Source: an uncultured Pelagibacteraceae bacterium (GTDB lineage Bacteria; Pseudomonadota; Alphaproteobacteria; Pelagibacterales; Pelagibacteraceae). Taken from it: DNA of 64,000 bases. Each line of letters opens with the position of its first letter. The stretch's first letter is position 1. A model generated the notes under the pieces. That model made no database searches. It had not been told where the DNA came from and worked only from the letters and a program-made list of their open reading frames with translations. Of the stretch, positions 47,999-58,313 are shown piece after piece. The translations under genes and the position numbers were made by a program. The DNA is taken from NCBI GenBank assembly GCA_902619815.1, contig CACNGH010000005.1, positions 15,640 through 79,639 of the forward strand. The letters are read 5' to 3'.

Positions 47999-48376
47999 AT
48001 GAAAAAAATTCCCATATTATTACTTCTAACTTTTTTTATCGTTACTGCAGTTTTTGCCCGAAGCACCGGATGTAAAGAGGGAAATTGTGAAAATGGATAT
48101 GGAAAATGGGTTTATACAGATAAAACCACTTATGAAGGTGAGTGGGTTGCAACAAAAAAGCAAGGGCAGGGAGTAGAAACTTGGCCTAATGGATATATCT
48201 ATAAAGGTGAATTTGAAAATAGCGTATGGAGTGGGCAGGGAATTTTAACATTCCCAGATGGCTCTACATACGATGGAGAGTGGGCTAATGGTTTCATGAA
48301 TGGTCAGGGAACATTTACTTGGGCAGATGGAAAACAAAAATCAGGAATTTGGAAAAACGGAAAATTACAGGAATAA
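47999..48376 (+). CDS. Exported MORN-repeat protein
   Basis: Signal peptide, CKEGNCENGYG, repeats YEGEW...QGQG, YKGEF...GQG, YDGEW...GQG. Confidence 0.85.
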   Translation: MKKIPILLLLTFFIVTAVFARSTGCKEGNCENGYGKWVYTDKTTYEGEWVATKKQGQGVETWPNGYIYKGEFENSVWSGQGILTFPDGSTYDGEWANGFMNGQGTFTWADGKQKSGIWKNGKLQE

Positions 48377-48927
48377 TGTCTCAACAAAATTATTTTACTA
48401 AATTAAAAGAATTACCAGAGTCTGTTAGACAGTTTGGGGGATTAGTAATTATTACATTAATTATAATCTTATCTTTTTTTATCTTAAATAATATTTTTGG
48501 TGAAGGTGAAGATTTAGTTAAAAGGATGAAAATAGAAGAGGAAAGAATTGCAGAAGAGAGAAAATTAAATGAATTAATTTCAACTCTGCCATCTGGAATT
48601 TTGGTTACTTTTGATGGAACTGATCATTATAGATTATCTGACGAGGTTTATGAAAAAGTCTGCAAAGCTACAAAACTTATCCCTCAAAGAGCAATAATGG
48701 GAGCTAATTTCCTCAATTTTAGAGCACATGAAATTTATACAATTAATGGCAATAAAATTGATGAGACATTTGTTGAGTGGGACGAAGAAAAAAATAAATG
48801 TTTTGCAGGTTTTACAGTAAGTGGAAATAATGTTGGGGTTGATGAAAAAATCACAGTAAGTGGGGAGGCATTAAGTTTTTTGAGCACTGGCATTGATACT
48901 AGAATTTATTACATCAAAAATTTTTAA
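48376..48927 (+). CDS. Membrane-anchored hypothetical protein
   Basis: ATG overlaps MORN stop (TAATG); one TM, coiled segment, two Cys in the soluble domain. Confidence 0.7.
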   Translation: MSQQNYFTKLKELPESVRQFGGLVIITLIIILSFFILNNIFGEGEDLVKRMKIEEERIAEERKLNELISTLPSGILVTFDGTDHYRLSDEVYEKVCKATKLIPQRAIMGANFLNFRAHEIYTINGNKIDETFVEWDEEKNKCFAGFTVSGNNVGVDEKITVSGEALSFLSTGIDTRIYYIKNF

Positions 48928-48993
48928 TTAAGGAGAAACAATTATTATATAGATATTAATTCAATTAATTTTCGTATAACTTATTAATAATTT

Positions 48994-50025
48994 ATGTCTG
49001 AAGCAGTTATTAAATGTGAGTCAGTTTATAAAATTTTTGGAGAAAATGCCGAAAAAATGCTTCAAAAAGCCAATGGAAACGTTGACGCAAAAACTTTTCA
49101 AGAAAATGGATGTATAGTCGGAGTTAACAATGCTTCTTTTGAAGTAGCAAAAGGAGAAATGTTGGTTGTTATGGGTTTATCTGGATCAGGCAAATCAACA
49201 TTACTTAGATGTATTTCAAGATTGACAGATGCAACAGGTGGAAAAATTTTTATAGAGGGTCAAGATTTATTAGAGTTAAACAACAAAGAATTAATTGATC
49301 TTAGAAGAAATAAAATGGGAATGGTTTTTCAGAGCTTTGCACTGTTACCACACAAAACTGTTGTAGAAAATATAGCATTTCCACTGCAAATTAAGGGAAT
49401 TAATACTGACGATAGCATTAGTAAGGCAATGGATATGGTTAAGTTAGTTGGACTAGATGGAAGAGAAAATTATTTTCCAAGAGAACTTTCAGGCGGACAA
49501 CAACAAAGAGTTGGTATTGCAAGATCCTTAGCTGTTGAACCAGATATTTGGTTTTTAGATGAGCCTTTTTCAGCATTAGATCCTTTGATTCGAAAAGAAA
49601 TGCAGGATGAATTTTTAAGACTTCAAGACAAACTTCAAAAAACTATAATGTTTATTACTCACGATTTTGATGAGGCTTTAAAACTAGCAGACCGAATAGC
49701 AATTATGAAGGATGGTATAATTGAACAATTAGATACACCTGCCAAAATAGTTTTAAATCCCGCAACTGAATATGTTAGGAAATTTACTGAAGAAGTTCCT
49801 AGAGAAAAGGTTTTATTAATTGAAGATGTAATGGAACAATCCACTGGTGATAATTTAGGAGATTTAAGAGTTTCAAAACATGAGATTATAGAAAACGTTG
49901 CTGAAAAAATTCTAACTCAAGATAAAACTGTAGGAGTAATAGATAAGAATAATAAAGTTATAGGCTCTATCAACCCCACAAAGATAATCAATACAGTCTT
50001 TGGTGGAAGGAAAAATGGAAATTAA
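48994..50025 (+). CDS. ProV-like ABC ATPase of TMAO transporter
   Basis: GLSGSGKS, FQSFALLPH, LSGGQQQR, DEPFSALDPLIR, degenerate CBS-like tail. Confidence 0.88.
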   Translation: MSEAVIKCESVYKIFGENAEKMLQKANGNVDAKTFQENGCIVGVNNASFEVAKGEMLVVMGLSGSGKSTLLRCISRLTDATGGKIFIEGQDLLELNNKELIDLRRNKMGMVFQSFALLPHKTVVENIAFPLQIKGINTDDSISKAMDMVKLVGLDGRENYFPRELSGGQQQRVGIARSLAVEPDIWFLDEPFSALDPLIRKEMQDEFLRLQDKLQKTIMFITHDFDEALKLADRIAIMKDGIIEQLDTPAKIVLNPATEYVRKFTEEVPREKVLLIEDVMEQSTGDNLGDLRVSKHEIIENVAEKILTQDKTVGVIDKNNKVIGSINPTKIINTVFGGRKNGN

Positions 50026-50028
50026 CCA

Positions 50029-52182
50029 ATGGAATTTTTAAAAAAAAATCCAAAAATATTTCAATGGTTATTTTTATTAATTGTTTTTTTTGCATTATGT
50101 TTTGCAATCGAAGTTCCTGAAACATATAAATTTATAAGAGGTCAGGCAGAGTTTATTAAAGACCCCAATCAAAGCACCTTTGTTTTTGCTGGTAAGGAGG
50201 TGAGATATTATGCTTTCGATGTGTTTTGGAGATTGCCTCCATTACTTGGTTGGTTGCCCATTTGGATAAATGACTCACTATTTTTTTTAATGAACGATTG
50301 GATGCCAATGGAGTTCTGGAATGAAGATACTCAAGAATTTAAAACTAGACCTCTTCTTTTACAAATTAGTAGAAATTTAACAGGTTTCATGACTTTTATA
50401 ATTGAATTAATTAGAGAGATTTTATTAGGCGGACTGGAAACTATTGTTGCATTTACAAGTTGGGATTTTATTGATGCCAATCCATGGGCCGAACTTCCAG
50501 GCTTACCATGGACCATAGTTGCTGCGGGTGCAACAATATTATCTTACAAATTGAGTGGCAAAGGTTTAGCTATCTTTGCTGGTTTGACTATGGTTTACAT
50601 TTCTATTTTTGGTCAATGGAAACCATCGATGCAAACTTTATCATTTATATTAGTTGCAGCACCATTATCATTTATATTTGGTCTAGGCCTTGGAATATCT
50701 GCATTTAAAAGTAAACGTGTTGAAAAAGCTTTATATCCAATACTTTTAGTGATGCAAACTATGCCACAATATGCGGTTTTAGTTCCTGCATTAGTTCTAT
50801 TTGGAGTTGGTGATCATGCAGCAGTGATTATAACTATGATAGTTGCCATTCCACCAATGATATTATTAACTTTATTAGGATTAAGAGCCATACCTCCTGA
50901 AGTAATCGAGGCTGGCAAAATGAGTGGATGTAATAATTGGCAACTAATGTTCAAAGTATTAATTCCTACAGCTAGAAGAGATATACTGATCGGAGTAAAC
51001 CAGGTGATTATGGTTTGTTTTTCAATGGCGGTTATCTCAGCTTTTATTGGAGCGAAGGGTTTAGGTTTTAATTTATTGTTAGCTCTTAATCAGCTTAATA
51101 TTGGATTAGCTCTAGAGGCAGGTTTATGCATCAGTCTAATTGCAATATTATTAGATAAAATGTCTTTGGCATGGGCAAATAAACAAACAGATTATTTTGG
51201 CAATCTTTCATTCTTTGAAAGAAATAAAAACACTATATTTTTTATTGGAGCATTTATAATAGGAATTGTGCTTGCTTATATAGGAACTTTTTTATTCAAA
51301 GATACATTTAATTACTTATTTGAAATTCCTCATAATAAAGGAATATCAACTGCTGACTTTTGGAATAAAGGAGTTGACTGGATCTTTGATACATTCTTTG
51401 TTTATATAAAAGCATTTAATACATGGTTAATTCAAGATGTACTGCAGCCAATGCGAGCACTCTATTTAAGAATGCCTGCTATTGCTACTATAGTTTTAGT
51501 AGTTGGGGCTGGTTATTTAATTGGTGGAATTAGATCAGCGTTAGTAGTATGCGGATTAACTTTGTTCATAGCTCTTAGTCCATGGTGGGATAGAGCATTG
51601 GTTACAACATACATGGCAACTTTTGGAGTTATAGTTTCGTGTTTGATTGGTTTTACAGTTGGAACCTTGTGTTTTCAAAGCAAAAGTGCAGCGAAATTTA
51701 TGTTAGGAGTTTGTGATATATTTCAAACCTTTCCATCGTTTGTATATTTAATTCCGGTAATGATGTTATTTGGAATAACAGACACATCAGTTTTAATTGC
51801 TGTAATAGTTTACGCAACAATTCCTGCAACAAGATATACAATTGAAGGTCTTAGAAGTGTTCCAGTAGGTTTACATGAAGCTGCAACGATGTCTGGTGTA
51901 AATAAGTTTCAAAGATTAACAAAAATTGAATTCCCATTAGCTTTTCCTCACATGATGCTTGGTTTAAATCAAACAATAGTTTTTGCTTTATTTATGGTAA
52001 TTATCGGGGCATTCATTGGCACTGAAGATTTGGGGCAATATATTTTAAAAGCTTTGTCTGATAAAAATGGTGCAGGTATAGGCCTGACATTAGGAATTTG
52101 TGTAGCATTTATAGGGTTAATCTTTGATAATTTGATAAGAACTTGGGTCGATAAAAGAAAGAAACACTTAGGAATAGCCTAA
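50029..52182 (+). CDS. ProW-like ABC permease of TMAO transporter, two fused TMD modules
   Basis: Two modules: MQTMPQY/EAGKMSG/GVNQ and FQTFPSFVY/EAATMSG/GLNQ. Confidence 0.88.
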   Translation: MEFLKKNPKIFQWLFLLIVFFALCFAIEVPETYKFIRGQAEFIKDPNQSTFVFAGKEVRYYAFDVFWRLPPLLGWLPIWINDSLFFLMNDWMPMEFWNEDTQEFKTRPLLLQISRNLTGFMTFIIELIREILLGGLETIVAFTSWDFIDANPWAELPGLPWTIVAAGATILSYKLSGKGLAIFAGLTMVYISIFGQWKPSMQTLSFILVAAPLSFIFGLGLGISAFKSKRVEKALYPILLVMQTMPQYAVLVPALVLFGVGDHAAVIITMIVAIPPMILLTLLGLRAIPPEVIEAGKMSGCNNWQLMFKVLIPTARRDILIGVNQVIMVCFSMAVISAFIGAKGLGFNLLLALNQLNIGLALEAGLCISLIAILLDKMSLAWANKQTDYFGNLSFFERNKNTIFFIGAFIIGIVLAYIGTFLFKDTFNYLFEIPHNKGISTADFWNKGVDWIFDTFFVYIKAFNTWLIQDVLQPMRALYLRMPAIATIVLVVGAGYLIGGIRSALVVCGLTLFIALSPWWDRALVTTYMATFGVIVSCLIGFTVGTLCFQSKSAAKFMLGVCDIFQTFPSFVYLIPVMMLFGITDTSVLIAVIVYATIPATRYTIEGLRSVPVGLHEAATMSGVNKFQRLTKIEFPLAFPHMMLGLNQTIVFALFMVIIGAFIGTEDLGQYILKALSDKNGAGIGLTLGICVAFIGLIFDNLIRTWVDKRKKHLGIA

Positions 52183-52191
52183 TTTATAAAT

Positions 52192-53151
52192 ATGAAAAAT
52201 ATATTGATTATTGGATCAGGGGCAATGGGAGCAGCCTTTTCTATTCCTTTGATAGAAAACAAACATAAAGTAACATTATCAGAGCCGCATAATATTAAGT
52301 TAATTAATAAATTAAATCTTAAAAAAAAATTTCATCCATCTTTAAAAATTAATCTACCAAAACAAATAATAACAAAAAAATTTGTTCCAGAAATGTTAAA
52401 TTTAAAATGGAATCTTATAGTTGTGGCTGTAAGTTCGGTTGGGATAGATATCATCAGCAAATATTTAACGCATTTTAAAAGTAAAACTCCCATTTTGGTT
52501 CTTACAAAAGGACTAAAGTTAGATAAAACAAAAAAAATTATTACTATGTCTGAACAGCTTAATAAAACTAATAACAAACTAAATGTATCAGTTTTAAAAG
52601 GACCATGCTTAGCAAAAGAGCTGGCTCGAAAGATAAAAAGTTACACTGTAATTGGGAACAAAAAACTCAAGGTTGCAAAAGATATTGGAAAAATGATATC
52701 CACAAGTTATTACAAAACAGAACATACAACTGATGTTAGAGGAGTAGAGTTCTCATCAGCAATTAAAAATATATATTCTATGATAATTGGATCAGGCCAA
52801 GGCGAGAATACATCCTCAGCTTTATTTAGAAAATCAATTGATGAAATGGATTATTTAATAAAACATTTTAAGGGAAAAAAAGAAACTGTTTATGGACTTG
52901 CTGGTATAGGTGATCTATATGTAAGTGCAGTTGGCGGCAGAAATAGTAAAATGGGTGATTATCTTGGTAAAGGATTTACTTTTAGATCGGCTAAAAGAAA
53001 ATTTATGAAAGATGATACTGTTGAAGGTGCTGATTTGGCCTTCGAAATAGCTCCATATATTTTAAAGAAACTCAATCGTAAAAAAATCCCTTTAATGATT
53101 GCATTATTAAACGCAATCACAAAAAATAAAAAATTAAAAATAAAATATTAA
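52192..53151 (+). CDS. gpsA: NAD(P)H-dependent glycerol-3-phosphate dehydrogenase (divergent)
   Basis: GSGAMG, LTKG, KGP, AIKNIY, GIGDL, GRN, VEG. Confidence 0.7.
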   Translation: MKNILIIGSGAMGAAFSIPLIENKHKVTLSEPHNIKLINKLNLKKKFHPSLKINLPKQIITKKFVPEMLNLKWNLIVVAVSSVGIDIISKYLTHFKSKTPILVLTKGLKLDKTKKIITMSEQLNKTNNKLNVSVLKGPCLAKELARKIKSYTVIGNKKLKVAKDIGKMISTSYYKTEHTTDVRGVEFSSAIKNIYSMIIGSGQGENTSSALFRKSIDEMDYLIKHFKGKKETVYGLAGIGDLYVSAVGGRNSKMGDYLGKGFTFRSAKRKFMKDDTVEGADLAFEIAPYILKKLNRKKIPLMIALLNAITKNKKLKIKY

Positions 53152-53154
53152 ATT

Positions 53155-54486
53155 TTATTTATTTAGAAAAGTTTTCATAGAATCGTCCATTGCTTTTTCC
53201 CAAGGCGTATGATGGATTGGAGCAATAGAACCAGTCACAGGTGAAGAAAAGGATTTATTTCTATAAGTTAGAATATCTTCAACTTTATGATGCTCCCACT
53301 CTTTGAAATGTTTTCTAATTAATTCAAAATCTATCTTAGGATAATCTGACATTTCATGAAGTTCTTTGGTATACTCTGTTTGAAAATCTATCATTTGATC
53401 TGGATTTTCTAATTTTTCTTCCATTCCAACCCACTTGTTAATATCTTTTTCTATCTCATCATTACTAGGCATCTTGATTTTGCCCATAATAACATCCCGT
53501 GCATACCAAGCTTGGCAATCGAACATATTAAAAGTATGAAATTGATCCTGCATTCCTAGATATAAAACTTTATGATTATCTTGCCATACAATCCCTTTAT
53601 ATAATTTTGGTGGATATAATCTGTTGTGAGTTTTTAATTTTATACTTTCTTCTAAGAATGGAAAATGATGAAGATAACCAGTACATAAAATTATTACATC
53701 AGCCTCTTGTTTTGTGCCATCTTTGAAAATGGCATTTTTACCATCAAGCTTATCTAAATAGTGAACTTCCTTCATACCTTTGGGCCATCTAAATCCCATT
53801 GGATTGTGTCTAAAGCCAATAGTAACACTTTTAGCTCCATATTTATTACACTGTAGTGCAACATCTTCTGCAGAATAGCTACTGCCAAGAACAATTACAT
53901 TTTTGTCTCTAAATTCTTCAGCATCTCTAAAGTCATGAGAATGCATAATCCTTCCAGGAAAGGAATTCATTCCCTCATATTCTGGGATAAAAGGCACAGA
54001 AAAATGACCAGTCGAAATAACCAAATAATCAAAATTTTCGGTTAAAATTTTATTATTAGCTTTATCTTGATAGCTAATTTCAAACTTGTCATTTTTAAAT
54101 GATGTATTTGTAACTCGAGTATTAAATTTAATTTTATGTTTTAAATTACCTTTGCTTACTCTTCCAACTATATAGTCATATAGAACTTCTCTAGGAGGAA
54201 AAGATGGTATTGGTTTACCAAAGTGTTCGTCAAAAGAATAATCAGCAAACTCCAAACATTCTTTAGGACCGTTTGACCACAAATATCTGTACATGCTGTT
54301 TGGTACTGGATCTCCATATTGGTCAGAACCTGTTCTCCAGCTATAATTCCAAAGTCCACCCCAGTTATCTTGTTTTTCGAAACAAACTATTTCTGGTATT
54401 TTTTCTCCTTTATTTTCCAAATGTTCAAACGCTCTCAACATTGAAAGACCACATGGACCCGCACCTATAATCGCTACTTTAGACAT
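53155..54486 (-). CDS. tmm: Trimethylamine monooxygenase (bacterial FMO)
   Basis: GAGPCG, WGGLWNY, SMYRYLWSNGPKECLEF, FMO fingerprint FPGRIMHSHDFR, GSSYSAED. Confidence 0.93.
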   Translation of the reverse strand: MSKVAIIGAGPCGLSMLRAFEHLENKGEKIPEIVCFEKQDNWGGLWNYSWRTGSDQYGDPVPNSMYRYLWSNGPKECLEFADYSFDEHFGKPIPSFPPREVLYDYIVGRVSKGNLKHKIKFNTRVTNTSFKNDKFEISYQDKANNKILTENFDYLVISTGHFSVPFIPEYEGMNSFPGRIMHSHDFRDAEEFRDKNVIVLGSSYSAEDVALQCNKYGAKSVTIGFRHNPMGFRWPKGMKEVHYLDKLDGKNAIFKDGTKQEADVIILCTGYLHHFPFLEESIKLKTHNRLYPPKLYKGIVWQDNHKVLYLGMQDQFHTFNMFDCQAWYARDVIMGKIKMPSNDEIEKDINKWVGMEEKLENPDQMIDFQTEYTKELHEMSDYPKIDFELIRKHFKEWEHHKVEDILTYRNKSFSSPVTGSIAPIHHTPWEKAMDDSMKTFLNK

Positions 54487-54562
54487 CTAAATTTTCCTAT
54501 CATTAATAATTCTATAAATATATCTTACTAACAAAAAAAGAAAAATAAAATTATAATTTACT

Positions 54563-55720
54563 ATGAATCATAATTGGAATTACCCAACTTTGATGTGGGT
54601 AGGTGAAAATAGGATCAAAAATTTATTTGATGCCTGTCAAGAATTAAAAATATCAAATCCATTATTCGTTACTGACAAAGATCTAATTAATCTGGATATG
54701 ATTAAGCAAATTATACAGGATTTGAAAAAAAAATTTAATAATTTAGAAATTTTTTCAAATTTTTCAGGAAACCCAATAGGCGAAAATGTAGAAGAAGGTG
54801 TAAAAGTTTATAACAAAACTAACTGCGATGGTGTAATAGCAATTGGTGGTGGTAGCGCACTCGACGTAGGTAAGGCCGTAGCACTTATGTGTGGTCAAGA
54901 AAGGCCAATTTGGGATTTTGAAGATATTGGTGACTATTGGAAAAGAGCTGCTAGTTCTAAAATCCCAAGTATTATTGCAATACCCACAACTGCTGGTACA
55001 GGCTCAGAAACTGGAAGAGCTTCTGCAATTATTAATAAAGATACAGGTGTTAAAAAAATTATTTTTCATCCAAAATTGTTGCCATCAATTGTTATTTTAG
55101 ATCCCATTTTAACTTTAGATCTTTCACCTAAATTAACAGCAGCAACAGGTATGGATGCATTAGCACATAACCTGGAAGCATTTTGTGCACCAGGCTTCCA
55201 TCCAATGGCAAATGGTATTGCAATAGAAGGTATTAAATTAATTAAAAAATATTTAATTACCGCCTATAAAGATGGAAAAAATATCGAAGCAAGAATGAGT
55301 TTACTTTCTGCTTCATCGATGGGCTCAACTGCATTCCAAAAAGGTCTTGGAGCAATACATTCTTTAAGTCATCCGGTTAATTCAAAGTTTAATATTCATC
55401 ATGGTTTATCAAATGCAATATTTATGCCTTATGTCTTATCATTTAATAGAAATGAAATAGAACACAAGATTATTGAAATTTGTGATTATTTAAATTTAAA
55501 TAAAAGTTTTGATAGTTTTTTAGAGTGGATTTTAGAATTGAGAAAAAATTTGAACATTCCTCACAAACTATCAGATGTTATGGACTGTAATAATATTAAT
55601 CTTGATGAACTTTCTATAATGGCGTTTGAAGATCCGTCCACTGGTGGAAACCCAAAAAAAATTAATCAAAAGGATTTAAAAGAAATGTATGAAAAAAGCA
55701 TTTCTGGAAATTTGTTTTAA
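54563..55720 (+). CDS. Iron-containing alcohol dehydrogenase
   Basis: GGGSALD, PTTAGTGSE, GMDALAH, HSLSH, HHGLSNA. Confidence 0.9.
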   Translation: MNHNWNYPTLMWVGENRIKNLFDACQELKISNPLFVTDKDLINLDMIKQIIQDLKKKFNNLEIFSNFSGNPIGENVEEGVKVYNKTNCDGVIAIGGGSALDVGKAVALMCGQERPIWDFEDIGDYWKRAASSKIPSIIAIPTTAGTGSETGRASAIINKDTGVKKIIFHPKLLPSIVILDPILTLDLSPKLTAATGMDALAHNLEAFCAPGFHPMANGIAIEGIKLIKKYLITAYKDGKNIEARMSLLSASSMGSTAFQKGLGAIHSLSHPVNSKFNIHHGLSNAIFMPYVLSFNRNEIEHKIIEICDYLNLNKSFDSFLEWILELRKNLNIPHKLSDVMDCNNINLDELSIMAFEDPSTGGNPKKINQKDLKEMYEKSISGNLF

Positions 55721-56508
55721 TGAAAAAAATATTGATTGTTGAAGGAAATTTGAGAGAAGAAAATCAACATTTTTCATCTGCAGGTATTCAAACGCATACT
55801 GAAAGTTTGAAGGATAGTCTTAGTTTTTTCACAAAAGATTTAACTACAGATGTTGTTAATCCTTCATCAGATGAAAATATATTTAAAAATATAGACGATC
55901 TAAAAAGTTATGATGGACTTATTTGGGGTGGTAGTAGTTTAAATATTTATAATGATACACCTGAAATTAGAAGACAGATTCAGTTTATGAAAGAGTGTCA
56001 AAAAAAAATTAAAAAAATCTTAGCAATATGTTGGGGTATGCAAGTAGCAGTCACAGCAGCTGGAGGTGAAGTTAAAAAGGGTACCAAAGGTTCACATAAA
56101 GGAATTGCTGTTGATGTTGAAATAAATGAAACAGGATTAGATCATCCACTTTATAAGAATAAACAAAAAAAATTTAATACGCCTGCATTTAATTTTGATG
56201 AAGTAGTAACTATGCCACAAAATTCTGTGTTGTTAGCCTCAAATCCAATTAATAAAGTTCAAGGTTTAAATTTTAAAGTAAATGATTGTGATATTTGGGG
56301 GCTCCAATATCATCCAGAAATTACCTATAATAAAATGGTTAATATTATTGTTTTTAGAAAAGAGAGGCTTTTAAAAAAAGGAGCTTTTAGTGATGAGAAA
56401 GAAATTAATAGTCATATACAGTATATCGAAACTGAAAATACTAAGCTTGATAAAATTTCTAGGATGAGGGAATTAGAAAATTGGTTAAATTATCTTAACC
56501 TAGAATAA
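55720..56508 (+). CDS. Class I glutamine amidotransferase-like (possible gamma-glutamyl amide hydrolase)
   Basis: Catalytic triad ICWGMQ ... QYHPE. Confidence 0.82.
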   Translation: MKKILIVEGNLREENQHFSSAGIQTHTESLKDSLSFFTKDLTTDVVNPSSDENIFKNIDDLKSYDGLIWGGSSLNIYNDTPEIRRQIQFMKECQKKIKKILAICWGMQVAVTAAGGEVKKGTKGSHKGIAVDVEINETGLDHPLYKNKQKKFNTPAFNFDEVVTMPQNSVLLASNPINKVQGLNFKVNDCDIWGLQYHPEITYNKMVNIIVFRKERLLKKGAFSDEKEINSHIQYIETENTKLDKISRMRELENWLNYLNLE

Positions 56509-58185
56509 TCCTTCGATTTCACCTTTTTCATTTAGCTTTATAGAGTCTGCTGCAGGAACACGTGGAAGTCCTGGCATAGTCATAATTGCTCCACAAACAA
56601 CAACAATAAATTCTGCACCTGACGATAATTTTATTTCTCTCACAGGTAAAACGTGACCAATTGGTGCGCCTTTCAAATTTGGATCAGTTGAAAAACTGTA
56701 TTGTGTTTTTGCTACACAAATAGGTAGTTCTCCGTATCCAGCTTCTTCAAAACTTTTTAATTGATCTCTTATTTTTGTATCGGCAATTACTTCATCAGCT
56801 CTGTATATTTCTTTAGCAATTATCTCTATTTTTTTAAACAAAGGCGTTTTACTTTCATAAAGAAAATTAAACTTAGCATCTTTTTTTTCACACAAATCAG
56901 CAACATGTGCTGCTAGTTCTTTTGTTCCTTCACCACCATTTGCCCAGTGAGTGCATAAACTTGCTTTAACTCCTAGGCTATCACAAAAATCAATTAAAGC
57001 TTTAACTTCACTGTCTGTATCTTTAATAAAATGATTTACCGCAATTGCTACAGGTAATCCAAATTTTTTAACATTTTCTATGTGTCGCTCAAGATTGACT
57101 AGGCCTTTTTTTAAAGCCTCAACATTTTCATTTTTTAAGTCATCTTTTGCAACGCCACCATGCATTTTTAAAGCTCTAATGGTTGCAACAATGACTACAC
57201 AATTCGGTTTTAAGTTAGATTTTCTGCACTTTATATCTAAAAACTTTTCTGCTCCAAGGTCTGCACCAAAACCAGCTTCTGTTACAACATAGTCTGCGAG
57301 TTTTAATCCAGTTTTAGTTGCTATAACCGAGTTACATCCATGTGCAATATTTGCAAAAGGACCACCATGAATAATTGCAGGATTATTTTCTAATGTTTGA
57401 GTTACATTTGGTCTGATTGCATCTTTTAATAATACAGTCATTGGACCGTGTGCTTTCAAGTCTTTTGCATAAACAGGTTTTTTATCTCTGGTATAAGCAA
57501 TTGTTATATTACCAATTCTTTTTTCTAAATCTTCCAAATCATTTGATAAGCAGAAAATTGCCATGATTTCTGAAGCAACTGTAATGTCAAATCCATCTTC
57601 TCTTGGAAAACCATTTGCTACTCCACCTAAATTTATATTTATTGATCTTAATGAACGGTCGTTCATATCCATAACTCTTTTCCAAACAATCCGTCTTACA
57701 TCTATATCTAATTTATTGCCCCAATAGATATGATTATCTATTAATGCTGATAATAGATTATGAGCTGAAGTAATTGCATGAAAATCTCCAGTAAAATGTA
57801 AATTAATTTGTTCCATTGGAACAACTTGAGCGTAACCTCCTCCAGCTGCACCACCTTTCATCCCAAAGGAAGGTCCGAGACTTGGCTCTCTTAAACAAAC
57901 TATAGATTTTTTTCCAATTTTATTTAATCCATCATTTAAACCAACTGAAGTAGTTGTTTTACCTTCACCAGCAGGTGTAGGTGTAATTGCAGTGACTAAA
58001 ATTAGTTTTCCTTCTGGTTTATCTTGTAATGTATCTAAATATTCTAAGTTAATTTTTGCAATATGTCGTCCCATTGGACTGAAAGCAGTACTCTCATCTG
58101 GAACATTTATCTTTGCCAATACCTCATTTATTGGCTGCATTTTTGCTTCTCTTGCTATTTGGATATCTGATTTAACATCGCTCAT
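56500..58185 (-). CDS. fhs: Formate--tetrahydrofolate ligase
   Basis: [47 protein letters not shown]. Confidence 0.97.
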   Translation of the reverse strand: MSDVKSDIQIAREAKMQPINEVLAKINVPDESTAFSPMGRHIAKINLEYLDTLQDKPEGKLILVTAITPTPAGEGKTTTSVGLNDGLNKIGKKSIVCLREPSLGPSFGMKGGAAGGGYAQVVPMEQINLHFTGDFHAITSAHNLLSALIDNHIYWGNKLDIDVRRIVWKRVMDMNDRSLRSININLGGVANGFPREDGFDITVASEIMAIFCLSNDLEDLEKRIGNITIAYTRDKKPVYAKDLKAHGPMTVLLKDAIRPNVTQTLENNPAIIHGGPFANIAHGCNSVIATKTGLKLADYVVTEAGFGADLGAEKFLDIKCRKSNLKPNCVVIVATIRALKMHGGVAKDDLKNENVEALKKGLVNLERHIENVKKFGLPVAIAVNHFIKDTDSEVKALIDFCDSLGVKASLCTHWANGGEGTKELAAHVADLCEKKDAKFNFLYESKTPLFKKIEIIAKEIYRADEVIADTKIRDQLKSFEEAGYGELPICVAKTQYSFSTDPNLKGAPIGHVLPVREIKLSSGAEFIVVVCGAIMTMPGLPRVPAADSIKLNEKGEIEGLF

Positions 58186-58313
58186 AATTAATACTATAAA
58201 TTAAATGTTGTCGTTGCAGACTTCTTATCCTTTTTTGTCATATTTGGAAACTTCTAAAAAATATATATAAAAAAAATAAGAACTATTTATATTCTTTGTT
58301 ATAAAATTAATGG

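Noticed and set aside
48080-48370. Repetitive pattern in the MORN gene as a DNA repeat or CRISPR
   Set aside because: Degenerate protein-level repeats only; no identical direct repeats with spacers
48319-48375. Extended N-terminus of the hypothetical ORF overlapping the MORN gene
   Set aside because: TAATG coupling supports ATG 48376
50029-52182. Fused double permease as a novelty
   Set aside because: Duplicated ProW-type permeases are known in betaine/TMAO-family ABC systems
56500-56508. Overlapping 3' ends of convergent genes (also 19148-19151 and 22988-22991)
   Set aside because: Ordinary consequence of genome streamlining
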